A stretch of DNA of 64,000 nucleotides from an uncultured Gammaproteobacteria bacterium (GTDB lineage Bacteria; Patescibacteriota; Patescibacteriia; Patescibacteriales; UBA12465). Position 1 is the first letter of the stretch; each line of letters begins with the position of its first letter. The stretch is taken from positions 5,728 through 69,727 of the forward strand of contig CAZFBV010000002.1 in assembly GCA_964517325.1 (NCBI GenBank), written 5' to 3'. The position numbers were made by a program, and so were the translations under genes. Shown one piece after another: positions 18,200 to 27,165 of the stretch. The notes beneath the pieces were generated by a model. The model worked only from the letters and a program-made list of their open reading frames with translations. It made no database searches and had not been told where the DNA came from.

Positions 18200-18202
18200 T
18201 TT

Positions 18203-19681
18203 ATGACTAAAGTAGAAAATATCGCTAAAAATACTTCATATTTGACCCTAGCGCTGATTTTGCAGAAAATAATCTCCTTTACTTACTTTACGCTTTTGGC
18301 TCGTTATGTCGGTCCGGCTAGCCTGGGGAAGTACTATTTGGCCATCTCTTTCACGACGATTTTCGCTATTTTTATCGATTTGGGCTTCACTAACGTCTTA
18401 ACCAGAGAAATAGCCAAGGATCAGGCTAAAGCTGAGCGTTGGCTCGGCAATATCGTTACCTTGAAGATACCGCTGGCCGGTTTAGCTTTGGCCGCGGTTT
18501 TTATATTGATAAACGTGCTGGGCTATGATCCGCTCACTAAGACTTTGGTTTATATTTCCGCTATCTCTATGGTCCTGGATTCTTTCACGACGACTTTCTT
18601 TGGCGCGGTCCGAGGCTTCCATAACTTAAAATATGAAAGCATTTCCTCGGTCGTCTTCCAGCTTATCGTGCTGATCGTCGGCTATGCTTCTTTGCTTCTG
18701 GGCGGCGGCTTGATTCCGGCGATGGCAGCGCTTGCTCTGGCCAGCATCTATAATTTCAGCTACGCTCTCATCATCGTCAGGAAGCGCTTGCGGCTGGCCG
18801 TTCGCGCTTTATATGAGAAGCCGCTCATAAAAGAGATATTGCTGATCAGCTGGCCCTTCGCGGCTTATGCTATCCTGCAGAGATTATACACGTATCTGGA
18901 TTCGGTGCTCTTATCGGTTTTGGCCGGAGATATTCAAGTCGGCTTATATCAAGTCGCCTTCAAGATAATTTTCGCGCTGCAATTCCTGCCGTCCGCTTTC
19001 ACGGCTTCGCTCTATCCGGCCATGAGCGCTTATTGGCACGGCAACCGCGATCAGCTTCTGGTCTCTTTCGAGCGAGCGATGAATTATCTGATTATCATCT
19101 CTCTGCCGATAATCGTCGGCGCCATCGTTTTAGCCAATAAGATCGTCTTGCTTTTTAAGGCCGGATACGACGGCGCGATCCTGCCGTTGCAGATATCTAT
19201 TATCTCGCTGTTATTCATCTTCTTGAATTTCCCGATCGGTTCGCTCTTGAACGCCTGCGACGCCCAGCGGAAGAACACCCGCAACATGGCGATAGTCGCA
19301 GTCATGAGCGTTTTGATCAATCTGGCGCTTATTCCTTATTGGCAGGCGACCGGTGCGAGCATTACGGTTCTGGCTACTAATTTCTTGATGTTCATTCTCG
19401 GCGTCCTGTCAGTCAAGAAGATCATCGCCTATCGCTTGCGCAAGAATCTGAAAACTTTCTTGAAGGTCATGGCCGCTTCTATCATCATGGGCCTGATAAT
19501 CATGGTCGGGAAGGCTTATCTCAATATCTTCATCATCACGATTTTGGGTGGCGGCATCTATTTCGGCTGCTTATATTTATTCGGCGGTTTCAGCCGGGCG
19601 GATATCGAGAGCGTAGCGAAATCTTTCAAGCGCGGCAAAGACGCGGCTCAAGCTGCACCGGTTATCGAAACAAATATCTAA
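18203..19681 (+). CDS. MOP-superfamily polysaccharide/lipid-linked oligosaccharide flippase (Wzx/MurJ-like)
   Basis: 492 aa with about 12-14 TM segments and the typical N-terminus KNTSYLTLALILQKIISF. It sits in a glycan gene cluster. Confidence 0.8.
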   Translation: MTKVENIAKNTSYLTLALILQKIISFTYFTLLARYVGPASLGKYYLAISFTTIFAIFIDLGFTNVLTREIAKDQAKAERWLGNIVTLKIPLAGLALAAVFILINVLGYDPLTKTLVYISAISMVLDSFTTTFFGAVRGFHNLKYESISSVVFQLIVLIVGYASLLLGGGLIPAMAALALASIYNFSYALIIVRKRLRLAVRALYEKPLIKEILLISWPFAAYAILQRLYTYLDSVLLSVLAGDIQVGLYQVAFKIIFALQFLPSAFTASLYPAMSAYWHGNRDQLLVSFERAMNYLIIISLPIIVGAIVLANKIVLLFKAGYDGAILPLQISIISLLFIFLNFPIGSLLNACDAQRKNTRNMAIVAVMSVLINLALIPYWQATGASITVLATNFLMFILGVLSVKKIIAYRLRKNLKTFLKVMAASIIMGLIIMVGKAYLNIFIITILGGGIYFGCLYLFGGFSRADIESVAKSFKRGKDAAQAAPVIETNI

Positions 19682-19723
19682 TTATGAATATCCTGTTATG
19701 AATATCCTGTTATGAATATCCTG
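19682..19723 (+). repeat. Perfect 3x tandem repeat of the 14-bp unit TTATGAATATCCTG
   Basis: Copies lie at 19682-19695, 19696-19709 and 19710-19723. Each carries an ATG (19684, 19698, 19712). Confidence 0.95.
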
Positions 19724-20815
19724 CTGACGACAATCGAATTTCCTCCATTCAAGGGCGGCGTGGCTAATTATTATGGTCATCTAGCCGACTCTTGGCCGAA
19801 GGCGGATAATTTCTCCGTTCTGGATAATAATAATGGCGAACTTATTTCCGGCGAAGTTTTTTGGCCTTGGCTGCGCGCTTTCCGGGCGATCAAGGAGAGG
19901 ATAAAGAAAGATAAGATTGATTATATCCTGGTCGGCCAAGTGCTGCCGCTAGGCACCGTGATCTGGGATATGTCCTTATTCCGGTCCTTTAAGTATGCGG
20001 TCTTCTTCCATGGTATGGATTTGAGCTACTCTTTGCGGCGATTTCATAAAAGGATATTGACCGGGCTGATAATCAGGAGAGCCGATAAGATTATTTGCGC
20101 CAACAGTTACGTGAAATCGCAGATCGACAGGTTCTATCCGGCCGGAAGCGCCAAGACGATCATCGCCAATCCGGGCATACCAAAAAATAGGCCGCAGCCG
20201 CGAGAGGAATTATTAAATCATCTGAAGCTAAATTACGGCTTAGGGCAAGATAACGGATCGGTAAACCTGTTTACTCTGGGACGCCTCGTCAAGCGCAAGG
20301 GCGTCGATAAAGTCATAGCCGCTTTAAATAGCCTGCCTGAAGAATTATTGAATAAATTAAGATATTTTATAGGCGGCGCCGGGCCGGAAGGAGAATATCT
20401 GAAAGCGGCGGTTCCGGCGAGATTAAAAGATAAAGTAATTTTCTTAGGCAGTCTGAACGAAGAAGAAAAATGGGCTTGGCTGGATCTCTGCGATGTCTTC
20501 ATCATGCCGGCTCGCGATATCCAGGGAGATTACGAAGGTTTCGGCATCGTCTATCTGGAAGCGAATCTTTGCGGCAAGCCGGTCATCGCCGGAGCGGCCG
20601 GCGGAGTCGATGATGCGGTGAAAGACGGCCTGAACGGCTTGATGGTCGACCCTGAAGATGAAAATAGCATCGGCGGCGCGATCATGAAGCTGGCGGCCGA
20701 CAAGGAACTGCGCGATAAATTAGGCAGACAGGGGAGGGAAAGAGCTCTTAACGAATTCAATTGGCCGGCGCTCTCAGAAAAGCTGAGTCGGCAGATAAAA
20801 GAAAATATTTTATGA
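19712..20815 (+). CDS. Glycosyltransferase family 4
   Basis: 367 aa. EGFGIVYLEANLCGKPVIAG is the GT4 E-x7-E region. Confidence 0.85.
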   Translation: MNILLTTIEFPPFKGGVANYYGHLADSWPKADNFSVLDNNNGELISGEVFWPWLRAFRAIKERIKKDKIDYILVGQVLPLGTVIWDMSLFRSFKYAVFFHGMDLSYSLRRFHKRILTGLIIRRADKIICANSYVKSQIDRFYPAGSAKTIIANPGIPKNRPQPREELLNHLKLNYGLGQDNGSVNLFTLGRLVKRKGVDKVIAALNSLPEELLNKLRYFIGGAGPEGEYLKAAVPARLKDKVIFLGSLNEEEKWAWLDLCDVFIMPARDIQGDYEGFGIVYLEANLCGKPVIAGAAGGVDDAVKDGLNGLMVDPEDENSIGGAIMKLAADKELRDKLGRQGRERALNEFNWPALSEKLSRQIKENIL

Positions 20816-21513
20816 TTTCCATCATTATTCCGGTCTATGACCAGGCGCAAAAATTAATCAAAACTTTGGCTAGCATCGCTCGCCAGACTTATCGCGATTA
20901 TGAAGTGATCATCGTCAATGACGGCAGCCATGACCAGGTCGATCTCGTCTTCGCTAATTATTTCAAGAAATTGGAAACGGAAAATAAATATCTATTCATC
21001 TCCCAGGCTAATCAAGGCGCTCCGGCGGCGAGGAATCGCGGCTGGCAAGAGGCGCGGGGCGAATATCTTTTTTTCTGCGATGCCGATGCTATTATGAAAC
21101 CGGAAGCTCTGGAGATCATGCTGAGGACTTTAGAGAGTAATCCTCAGGCCAGTTATGCTTATCCGTCTTTCAATTGGGGCAAGAAGCTGTTCAAGGTCGG
21201 AGATTTCAACCCCGATAAGCTCAAAGCCGGTCCGTATATCCATACGATGGCGCTCATCAGGCGGGCGGATTTTCCGAGCGGCGGCTGGGACATCGCTATC
21301 AAGAAATTACAGGATTGGGATCTCTGGCTGACCATGCTCGAACAGGGACATATCGGCGTCTGGGTGCCGCAAGTCTTGTTCACGGTTATGCCGGGCGGGA
21401 CTATCAGCTCTTGGCTGCCATCTTTCGCTTATAAGCTTCTGCCTTTCTTAAGCCGAGTCAAGAAATATAATAATGCGGTTAAGACGGTTAAAGCCAAACA
21501 CGCGCTGGCATAG
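20812..21513 (+). CDS. Glycosyltransferase family 2
   Basis: ISIIIPVYDQ, IIVNDGS and a DAD motif (FFCDADA). ATG 20812 forms an ATGA overlap with the upstream stop and is preferred over TTG 20761. Confidence 0.8.
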   Translation: MISIIIPVYDQAQKLIKTLASIARQTYRDYEVIIVNDGSHDQVDLVFANYFKKLETENKYLFISQANQGAPAARNRGWQEARGEYLFFCDADAIMKPEALEIMLRTLESNPQASYAYPSFNWGKKLFKVGDFNPDKLKAGPYIHTMALIRRADFPSGGWDIAIKKLQDWDLWLTMLEQGHIGVWVPQVLFTVMPGGTISSWLPSFAYKLLPFLSRVKKYNNAVKTVKAKHALA

Positions 21514-21527
21514 CAATAAGTCTTTTT

Positions 21528-22010
21528 ATGGCCTTATCAAGGACGAAATCTAGCAATATCAAATTCTTAGGCGCAGTTTTGGCGATTGCCGGAATTTTGA
21601 CGGCGATATTAGCGGGCGCGATAATCCATAATAGCCGGAATAACGGGAGTCGAAATTTAGTCGTGATGATCAACCGGCGGGAAATAAAAGCCGAAATAGC
21701 CGCTACTCCCGAAGAGCAATATCGGGGACTGAGCGGCCGCAAGTCGATCTGCGCCGATTGCGGAATGCTGTTTAACTTTTCTGATTCCAGTCCCAAGACG
21801 TTCGTCATGCGCAATATGAAATTTCCGCTGGACATAATCTTCATAAATGACGGAGTCATCAAGAATATTGCCGCTAATCTAGCGCCGGAAGGCAGCGCTC
21901 CTAAGAATTTTTATGAAAGCGACGGTCCGGCCGATCAGGTTCTGGAAGTGAATGGCGGCTATTGTGAAAAATATAATATTAAATCCGGAGACAGTATATG
22001 GATAAGATAA
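21528..22010 (+). CDS. DUF192 (COG1430) family protein with an N-terminal TM/signal anchor
   Basis: FVMRNMKFPLDIIFIN and VLEVNGG are typical of DUF192. Confidence 0.7.
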   Translation: MALSRTKSSNIKFLGAVLAIAGILTAILAGAIIHNSRNNGSRNLVVMINRREIKAEIAATPEEQYRGLSGRKSICADCGMLFNFSDSSPKTFVMRNMKFPLDIIFINDGVIKNIAANLAPEGSAPKNFYESDGPADQVLEVNGGYCEKYNIKSGDSIWIR

Positions 22011-23488
22011 ATTTTAAAAAGATCGCTATCATCATGGCTGGCTTCTTAATTATCGAAGCCTGGTCTTTTTTAGTTTTTGCCCGCCCCTTTTTTAATGGAG
22101 CGATGTTGGCGATATTGAGTTTAGCTGTCATTGCTCTCAGCGTTTATCGCCTAGAATACGGCTTCTTGGCGCTCGTCAGCGAATTATTCGTCGGTTCGAT
22201 GGGCCATCTGTTCTTCATCAATTTGAGCGCCGGGCAATTGCCGCTGCGGATTGCGATTTGGAGCGCTTTTATGGCCGTTTTTGCGGTAAAATTTCTAGTC
22301 CAATTATTCAAGCAGGGAAAGGAAGGTTCGTATTTAAAGAATCTCAAGGGTTTTGGCGAAAAAAGAGCTTTGTTTATATTAGGAATATTCATAATAATTT
22401 CTCTGGTTAACGGTTTGGTCCGCGGACACGCTCTCGGTTTGATTTTTTCGGACTTCAATGCTTGGCTGTTCTTTTTGCTGATAATCCCAGCTGTCGCTAT
22501 CTATGGAAATAGGGAAGAAGAAAAAATCGCGCGCTTGAAGACGGTCTTCTTGGCTGGCGCTCTATGGATGAGCCTAAAGACTTTGATTTTCTTATATATT
22601 TTTACGCATGATGCGGCGATAGCGCCGGAAATATATAATTGGCTGAGAAGGACTTTGAACGGAGAGATGACTCCGACTAGCGCCGGTTGGCCGCGCATCT
22701 TCATCCAAGGACAGATTTATTCTGGTGTCGCTTTTTTCTTATGTTTCTGGATGAGCCAAGCGAGCTTCAAGATCAAGGAGATTTTTAAGCGCACAAATAT
22801 TCTGTTTCTGCTGGCTGCCGGTTTCTTCTTGAGTACGCTAATCATCAGCTTCTCGCGCAGTTTCTGGGCCGGCTTGATAGCGGCTCTCGTTTTCAGCCTA
22901 GTTTTGATCTGGCGTTTTTATTCTTTTAAGAAGATGTTAATCGCTGGTGTTTGGCTAACCGGTTCTTTTGTCTTGAGTTTCGTGGTCATCTATGCTGTCG
23001 CCGCTTTTCCTTACATATACCAGACTAATTTCAGAGCTAGTTTCTTGGACAGAGTGTCTAATGGTAACGAAGCCGCCGTCGCTTCACGCTGGTCGCTTCT
23101 GCCGGCCTTGATGAAAGAAATCAGGAAAGAGCCGATCCTAGGCCAAGGTTACGGCGCGACTGTTACTTATAAGTCGAGCGATCCGCGGGTCCTACAGTCC
23201 AATCCTGACGGAATATACACGACTTATGCTTTCGAATGGGGCTATCTGGAATTATGGCTCAAGCTCGGCTTTTTGGGTTTAGCCGCTTATCTATGGTTAT
23301 TATATCGACTGGTTAGTAACGGGATAATACTGGGCTGCAAGAACGGGCAGACGCTTTTTTTCGGCTTGGCCGCCGGCCTGGTTTTCTTGGCTATTACCAA
23401 TATCTTCACCCCTTATCTCAATCATCCGCTGGGCATAGGAATAATCATCCTCAGCTCTTGTCTAATCCGGCCAAATAGGCTATATTAA
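21998..23488 (+). CDS. O-antigen ligase/polymerase-like (Wzy_C) polytopic membrane protein
   Basis: 496 aa with more than 10 TM segments. It has a Wzy_C-like block (IISFSRSFWAGLIAALVF) and overlaps DUF192 by 13 nt. Confidence 0.7.
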   Translation: MDKINFKKIAIIMAGFLIIEAWSFLVFARPFFNGAMLAILSLAVIALSVYRLEYGFLALVSELFVGSMGHLFFINLSAGQLPLRIAIWSAFMAVFAVKFLVQLFKQGKEGSYLKNLKGFGEKRALFILGIFIIISLVNGLVRGHALGLIFSDFNAWLFFLLIIPAVAIYGNREEEKIARLKTVFLAGALWMSLKTLIFLYIFTHDAAIAPEIYNWLRRTLNGEMTPTSAGWPRIFIQGQIYSGVAFFLCFWMSQASFKIKEIFKRTNILFLLAAGFFLSTLIISFSRSFWAGLIAALVFSLVLIWRFYSFKKMLIAGVWLTGSFVLSFVVIYAVAAFPYIYQTNFRASFLDRVSNGNEAAVASRWSLLPALMKEIRKEPILGQGYGATVTYKSSDPRVLQSNPDGIYTTYAFEWGYLELWLKLGFLGLAAYLWLLYRLVSNGIILGCKNGQTLFFGLAAGLVFLAITNIFTPYLNHPLGIGIIILSSCLIRPNRLY

Positions 23489-23522
23489 TTCTGAATTAAG
23501 CTTCAATATTTAAACTAAAATT

Positions 23523-23981
23523 ATGAATGAACAAATCATCTCTCAGGAAGGCTACGACAAATTAAAAGATGAAATGAATTTTTTGGCGACAGTCAGGCGC
23601 AAGGAAATTGCGGAAAGAATCGAGCGCGCCAAGGAACTCGGCGATTTGAGTGAGAACGCCGAATATAGCGAAGCGAAAGACGCCCAAGCTTTGAACGAGG
23701 GGCGTGTTTTAGAACTGGCGAATACGCTTAAGAACGTGACCGTCGTCGATACCGCCGCCTCCAGCGGCGAAGTGAGCATGGGTTCTAAAGTGACAGTCAA
23801 GTCTGACAGCGGTGAAAAGCAATATACTATCGTCAGCTTCAACGAAGCTGATCCGCTTAACGGCAAGATCTCTAACGAGTCGCCGCTCGGCGTCGCTTTC
23901 CTGCATCACCATAAGGGCGATAACGTGGAAGTCGAGACCCCGAAAGGCGTAGTCAAATATAAGATCGTCAAGATCGATTAA
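23523..23981 (+). CDS. greA: Transcription elongation factor GreA
   Basis: GDLSENAEYSEAKDAQ motif, coiled-coil N-terminus and FKBP-like C-terminus. 152 aa. Confidence 0.9.
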   Translation: MNEQIISQEGYDKLKDEMNFLATVRRKEIAERIERAKELGDLSENAEYSEAKDAQALNEGRVLELANTLKNVTVVDTAASSGEVSMGSKVTVKSDSGEKQYTIVSFNEADPLNGKISNESPLGVAFLHHHKGDNVEVETPKGVVKYKIVKID

Positions 23982-23992
23982 TTCTAAATAAT

Positions 23993-25507
23993 ATGCCGGC
24001 AGCCAAAGAAGCTAAACAAGAAGCTGAAGCCAAACAAGAGGCTATCGTTCCGTCGAACGAGCGCCAGGAACGCCTGAAGAAGCTGGAAGAATTGAAGCAG
24101 GCGGGTCTTAATCCTTATCCGGCTAAGGTTGAACGCGACCGTGAGATTGCTGCCGTATTGGCTGATTTTGAGGCTCTGAGCGGCTCTCAGGAGGCTTTTA
24201 CCATCGTCGGTCGCCTGCGCGCCAAGCGCGAGCATGGCAACCTGGCTTTCGCTAACCTCGAAGACGCTTCCGGCAATATCCAGATTGCTTTCTCCAAGAA
24301 AGATCTCGGCGCTGATTCATATAAGAATTTTTTGAAATTCATCGACGTTGCCGATTTTATCCAGGTCAAAGGCTATGCATTTTTGACCCATAAAGGCGAG
24401 AAGAGCGTCATGGTCCGCGACTGGAAGCTGCTGACTAAGGCTTTGCGCCCGATTCCTGACGCTTGGTATGGCTTGAAGGACGAAGAGGAGAGATTGCGCA
24501 AGCGCTATCTTGATTTATTATTGAATCCTGAATTAAGAGACATATTCTATAAGAAAGCGATGTTCTGGGAAACCGTGCGTTTCTTCATGAAGAGCCATGG
24601 CTTTTTTGAAGTTGAAACTCCGACCATAGAGACGACGACCGGCGGCGCGGAAGCTAATCCTTTCAAGACGCATCACGATGATTTTGATCTTGATGTCTTC
24701 ATGCGCATTTCCGTCGGCGAGCTCTGGCAGAAGCGGCTCATGGCCGCCGGCTATGAAAAAGTCTATGAGATCGGCCGCGTCTATCGCAACGAAGGATCGA
24801 GCCCTGACCATCTCCAGGAGTTCACGAATATGGAATTCTATTGGGCTTATGCCGATTATGAGATGGGCATGAAACTGGTGCAGGAATTATATCAGGAAAT
24901 CGCTGTGCGTGTTTTCGGCAAGACCAAGTTTACGACCAAGGGTTTTGAATATGATCTGGCCGGCGAATGGCCGAAGATAGACTATCGCGCCGAAGTCCTG
25001 AAGCAGACCGGGATAGATGTCTTGAAGGCGACAGAAAAAGAGATGGCGGCGGCTTTAGAAAAACTGCATGTCAAATATGAAGGCAGCAATCGCGAGCGGC
25101 TGACTGATACCTTATGGAAATATTGCCGTAAGAATATCGCCGGTCCGGCTTTCCTGATCAACCATCCGAAGCTGGTTTCACCCCTGTCGAAAGCTAAGCC
25201 CGATAACCCGGAATTGACCGAACGCTTCCAGATAATCATCGCCGGCTCCGAAGTTGGTAACGGCTTCTCGGAATTAAATGACCCGCTTGATCAGCAAAAA
25301 CGTTTTGAAGAGCAGCAGAAATTGATAGATAGGGGAGATAAGGAAGCGATGATGCCGGATTGGGAATTTGTCGAGATGCTCGAACATGGCATGCCGCCTA
25401 CCTGCGGCTTCGGCTTCGGCGAACGTCTTTTCGCGTTTCTAGTCGATAAACCGGTTAGAGAAACGACTTTATTTCCATTAATGAAGCCTAAGAAGGAAGA
25501 AGAATAA
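23993..25507 (+). CDS. lysS: Lysyl-tRNA synthetase, class II
   Basis: OB-fold N-terminus and class II motifs (YEIGRVYRNEG, FEVETP, GFGFGERL). 504 aa. Confidence 0.95.
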   Translation: MPAAKEAKQEAEAKQEAIVPSNERQERLKKLEELKQAGLNPYPAKVERDREIAAVLADFEALSGSQEAFTIVGRLRAKREHGNLAFANLEDASGNIQIAFSKKDLGADSYKNFLKFIDVADFIQVKGYAFLTHKGEKSVMVRDWKLLTKALRPIPDAWYGLKDEEERLRKRYLDLLLNPELRDIFYKKAMFWETVRFFMKSHGFFEVETPTIETTTGGAEANPFKTHHDDFDLDVFMRISVGELWQKRLMAAGYEKVYEIGRVYRNEGSSPDHLQEFTNMEFYWAYADYEMGMKLVQELYQEIAVRVFGKTKFTTKGFEYDLAGEWPKIDYRAEVLKQTGIDVLKATEKEMAAALEKLHVKYEGSNRERLTDTLWKYCRKNIAGPAFLINHPKLVSPLSKAKPDNPELTERFQIIIAGSEVGNGFSELNDPLDQQKRFEEQQKLIDRGDKEAMMPDWEFVEMLEHGMPPTCGFGFGERLFAFLVDKPVRETTLFPLMKPKKEEE

Positions 25508-25512
25508 AAAAT

Positions 25513-25953
25513 ATGCGCCTTTGGAGCTTATCGCCTAAATATCTAGACCGCCAGGGTCTTTTGGCGGTTTGGCGCGAAGGCCTCTTAGCCAAGAAAGTCC
25601 TAGAGGGGAAGACTAAAGGGTATAAGAATCATCCGCAACTAACAAGATTCAGAGAACAGGAAAAGCCAATAGACTATATTAAGGCTTATTTGCTAGGAAT
25701 CTATCAAGAAGCAGTTAGCCGTGGCTATGAGTTCAATCGGGATAAAGCCGGCCTCTTGAAAAAAAATTTAAAAAATATTAAAGTAAGCAGGGGTCAGATA
25801 GAGTATGAATTCGCGCATCTCCTCAAGAAGCTGGCCAAGCGCGATCCGAGCCGCTATAATAGATTGAAAGGCTTGGCTAAACCCAGTCCCCATCCTTTAT
25901 TTAGGATAGGGAAAGGCGGGATAGAAGCCTGGGAAAAGCGGCCGGAAAAATAA
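25513..25953 (+). CDS. Pyrimidine-dimer DNA glycosylase/AP lyase (T4 endonuclease V-like, Pyr_excise family)
   Basis: The N-terminus MRLWSLSPKYLDRQGLLAVWREGLLAKKVL is characteristic of this family. 146 aa. Confidence 0.7.
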   Translation: MRLWSLSPKYLDRQGLLAVWREGLLAKKVLEGKTKGYKNHPQLTRFREQEKPIDYIKAYLLGIYQEAVSRGYEFNRDKAGLLKKNLKNIKVSRGQIEYEFAHLLKKLAKRDPSRYNRLKGLAKPSPHPLFRIGKGGIEAWEKRPEK

Positions 25954-25962
25954 AATAATCAT

Positions 25963-26033
25963 TCGGGGATCGTCTAACGGTAGGACAACAGGTTCTGGTC
26001 CTGTTTATTGGGGTTCGAATCCCTATCCCCGAG
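25963..26033 (+). tRNA. tRNA-Gln (anticodon CTG)
   Basis: Hand-folded cloverleaf: acceptor TCGGGGA/TCCCCGA (U1-A72), D stem GTCT/GGAC, anticodon stem ACAGG/CCTGT with loop TTCTGGT, T arm TGGGG-TTCGAAT-CCCTA. Discriminator is G; no CCA is encoded. Confidence 0.9.
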
Positions 26034-26076
26034 CAAGTAGACAAAATGCCACTTTCCGTGGTATTTTTGTTATATA
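26014..26076 (+). repeat. Cassette-junction module A: genuine tRNA-Gln 3' end, then hairpin, then TGtTATATA box
   Basis: TTCGAATCCCTATCCCCGAGCAAG followed by hairpin AAAATGCCAC-tttcc-GTGGTATTTT. Confidence 0.85.
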
Positions 26077-26094
26077 AACAATAAAATTTAAAAT

Positions 26095-26847
26095 ATGAAA
26101 AATTTAATTTTATGCGATGACTGCGAGGTCGAAAAAGTATCAGCACTATGTAAACAGCTTGGTTATGGGATTGAAATTCAAGCCTTCCATAAGCCGAGTC
26201 TTTATGAAGAAAACCCTGAAATTATAAATGACTATAAAAAATATATTGATAAGATAGAATTCGTTTCAATGCATGCTCCTTTCGCCGATTTAAATCCAGG
26301 GAGTTCTGATCCCTTGCTTAGAGAGGTTGCAAGGAGGCGATTTGAATTAGCTTATGAGATTGCTATTAAACTTAATATATCTCATATAGTTTTTCATATC
26401 GGTTATGTCCCTGGCACTGGTATCCCTAAAAACTGGGCAGGAAGATGTATTAATTTTTGGAATGAATTTTTAGAGGGCAAATCAGAAAAGATGAATTATT
26501 ATATTGAGAATATGTTAGAAAAGAGTCCAGAGATTTTATCTGATGTTATTGAGGGGATAGAAAAACCCAATGTTAAGGTTTGTTTAGATATTGGCCACGC
26601 TCATTGTAATTCTTCAGTATCAGTAGCTGACTGGATAATATTCCTAAAAGATAAGATTGGTTATGTGCATATGCATGATAATCACGGAGAAAAAGACGAG
26701 CATTTGGGATTCGGGCAGGGGAATATTCCTTTAGTTGAGGCTTTTAATTTATTAATTAAATATGCCCCTAAAGCAATATGGACACTTGAATGTAAAACAG
26801 ATAGTCAGTTAGATTCTATAGAGTTTTTAAAGAAAAATGGGTTTTAA
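26095..26847 (+). CDS. Sugar-phosphate isomerase/epimerase-like protein (xylose isomerase-like TIM barrel)
   Basis: 250 aa. Shows the AP_endonuc_2-like pattern MHAPF..., HIVFH, ENM, CLDIGHA, HMHDN. Confidence 0.65.
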   Translation: MKNLILCDDCEVEKVSALCKQLGYGIEIQAFHKPSLYEENPEIINDYKKYIDKIEFVSMHAPFADLNPGSSDPLLREVARRRFELAYEIAIKLNISHIVFHIGYVPGTGIPKNWAGRCINFWNEFLEGKSEKMNYYIENMLEKSPEILSDVIEGIEKPNVKVCLDIGHAHCNSSVSVADWIIFLKDKIGYVHMHDNHGEKDEHLGFGQGNIPLVEAFNLLIKYAPKAIWTLECKTDSQLDSIEFLKKNGF

Positions 26848-26860
26848 TTACTTATTGTCG

Positions 26861-26920
26861 TTCCAATTGTATCCCAGACTCCGAGCTAAATAAAAATACA
26901 CCCTTTGGGGTGTATTTTTA
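26861..26920 (+). repeat. Cassette-junction module B
   Basis: TTCCAATTGTATCCCAGACTCCGAGCTAA followed by hairpin AAAATACACCC-ttt-GGGGTGTATTTT. Confidence 0.75.
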
Positions 26921-26966
26921 TTTATTTTGAGAAAGGGATGAGAAGTTTATGCCCCGAAGCGAAGCA

Positions 26967-27027
26967 TAGGGGTAAATCCCTATCCCCGAGCAAGAATAAA
27001 AAATAGGCTAATTTAAGCCTATTTTTT
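26967..27027 (+). repeat. Cassette-junction module C (partial tRNA-Gln 3' copy)
   Basis: 20 nt are identical to the tRNA end (26975-26994 = 26018-26037). It keeps a T-arm-like TAGGG/CCCTA hairpin, followed by AAAAATAGGCT-aattt-AAGCCTATTTTT. Confidence 0.85.
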
Positions 27028-27035
27028 CTTATATA

Positions 27036-27064
27036 TTGACAAATATGCTATCATGTGATATTAT
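27036..27064 (+). promoter_or_regulatory. Near-consensus promoter for the orphan cassette gene
   Basis: TTGACA-N17-TATTAT, leaving a leader of about 95 nt before ATG 27166. Confidence 0.5.
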
Positions 27065-27165
27065 TTTTTTAGTTCTTTCTGGACGGAAAGATTGCCACTA
27101 GGCTCCAGAGTTATCTTTATCCTCTGTAAAATGTATAAAGAAAAGTTATTTAAAAACATCGTACG

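Noticed and set aside
19682-19723. The tandem repeat as a CRISPR or minisatellite array.
   Set aside because: It has only three contiguous 14-bp units with no spacers. It is a local duplication of a start region.
26941-26994. Module C as a complete tRNA pseudogene.
   Set aside because: Only the T-arm-like hairpin and the acceptor 3' strand are present. The upstream stem TATGC/GCATA has an 11-nt loop, and no matching 5' acceptor strand or D arm is present.
27065-27165. The leader of the orphan cassette gene as a known riboswitch.
   Set aside because: I could not match it to any riboswitch consensus I know (fluoride, preQ1, guanidine, ZTP, SAM). It is kept only as an unexplained structured leader.
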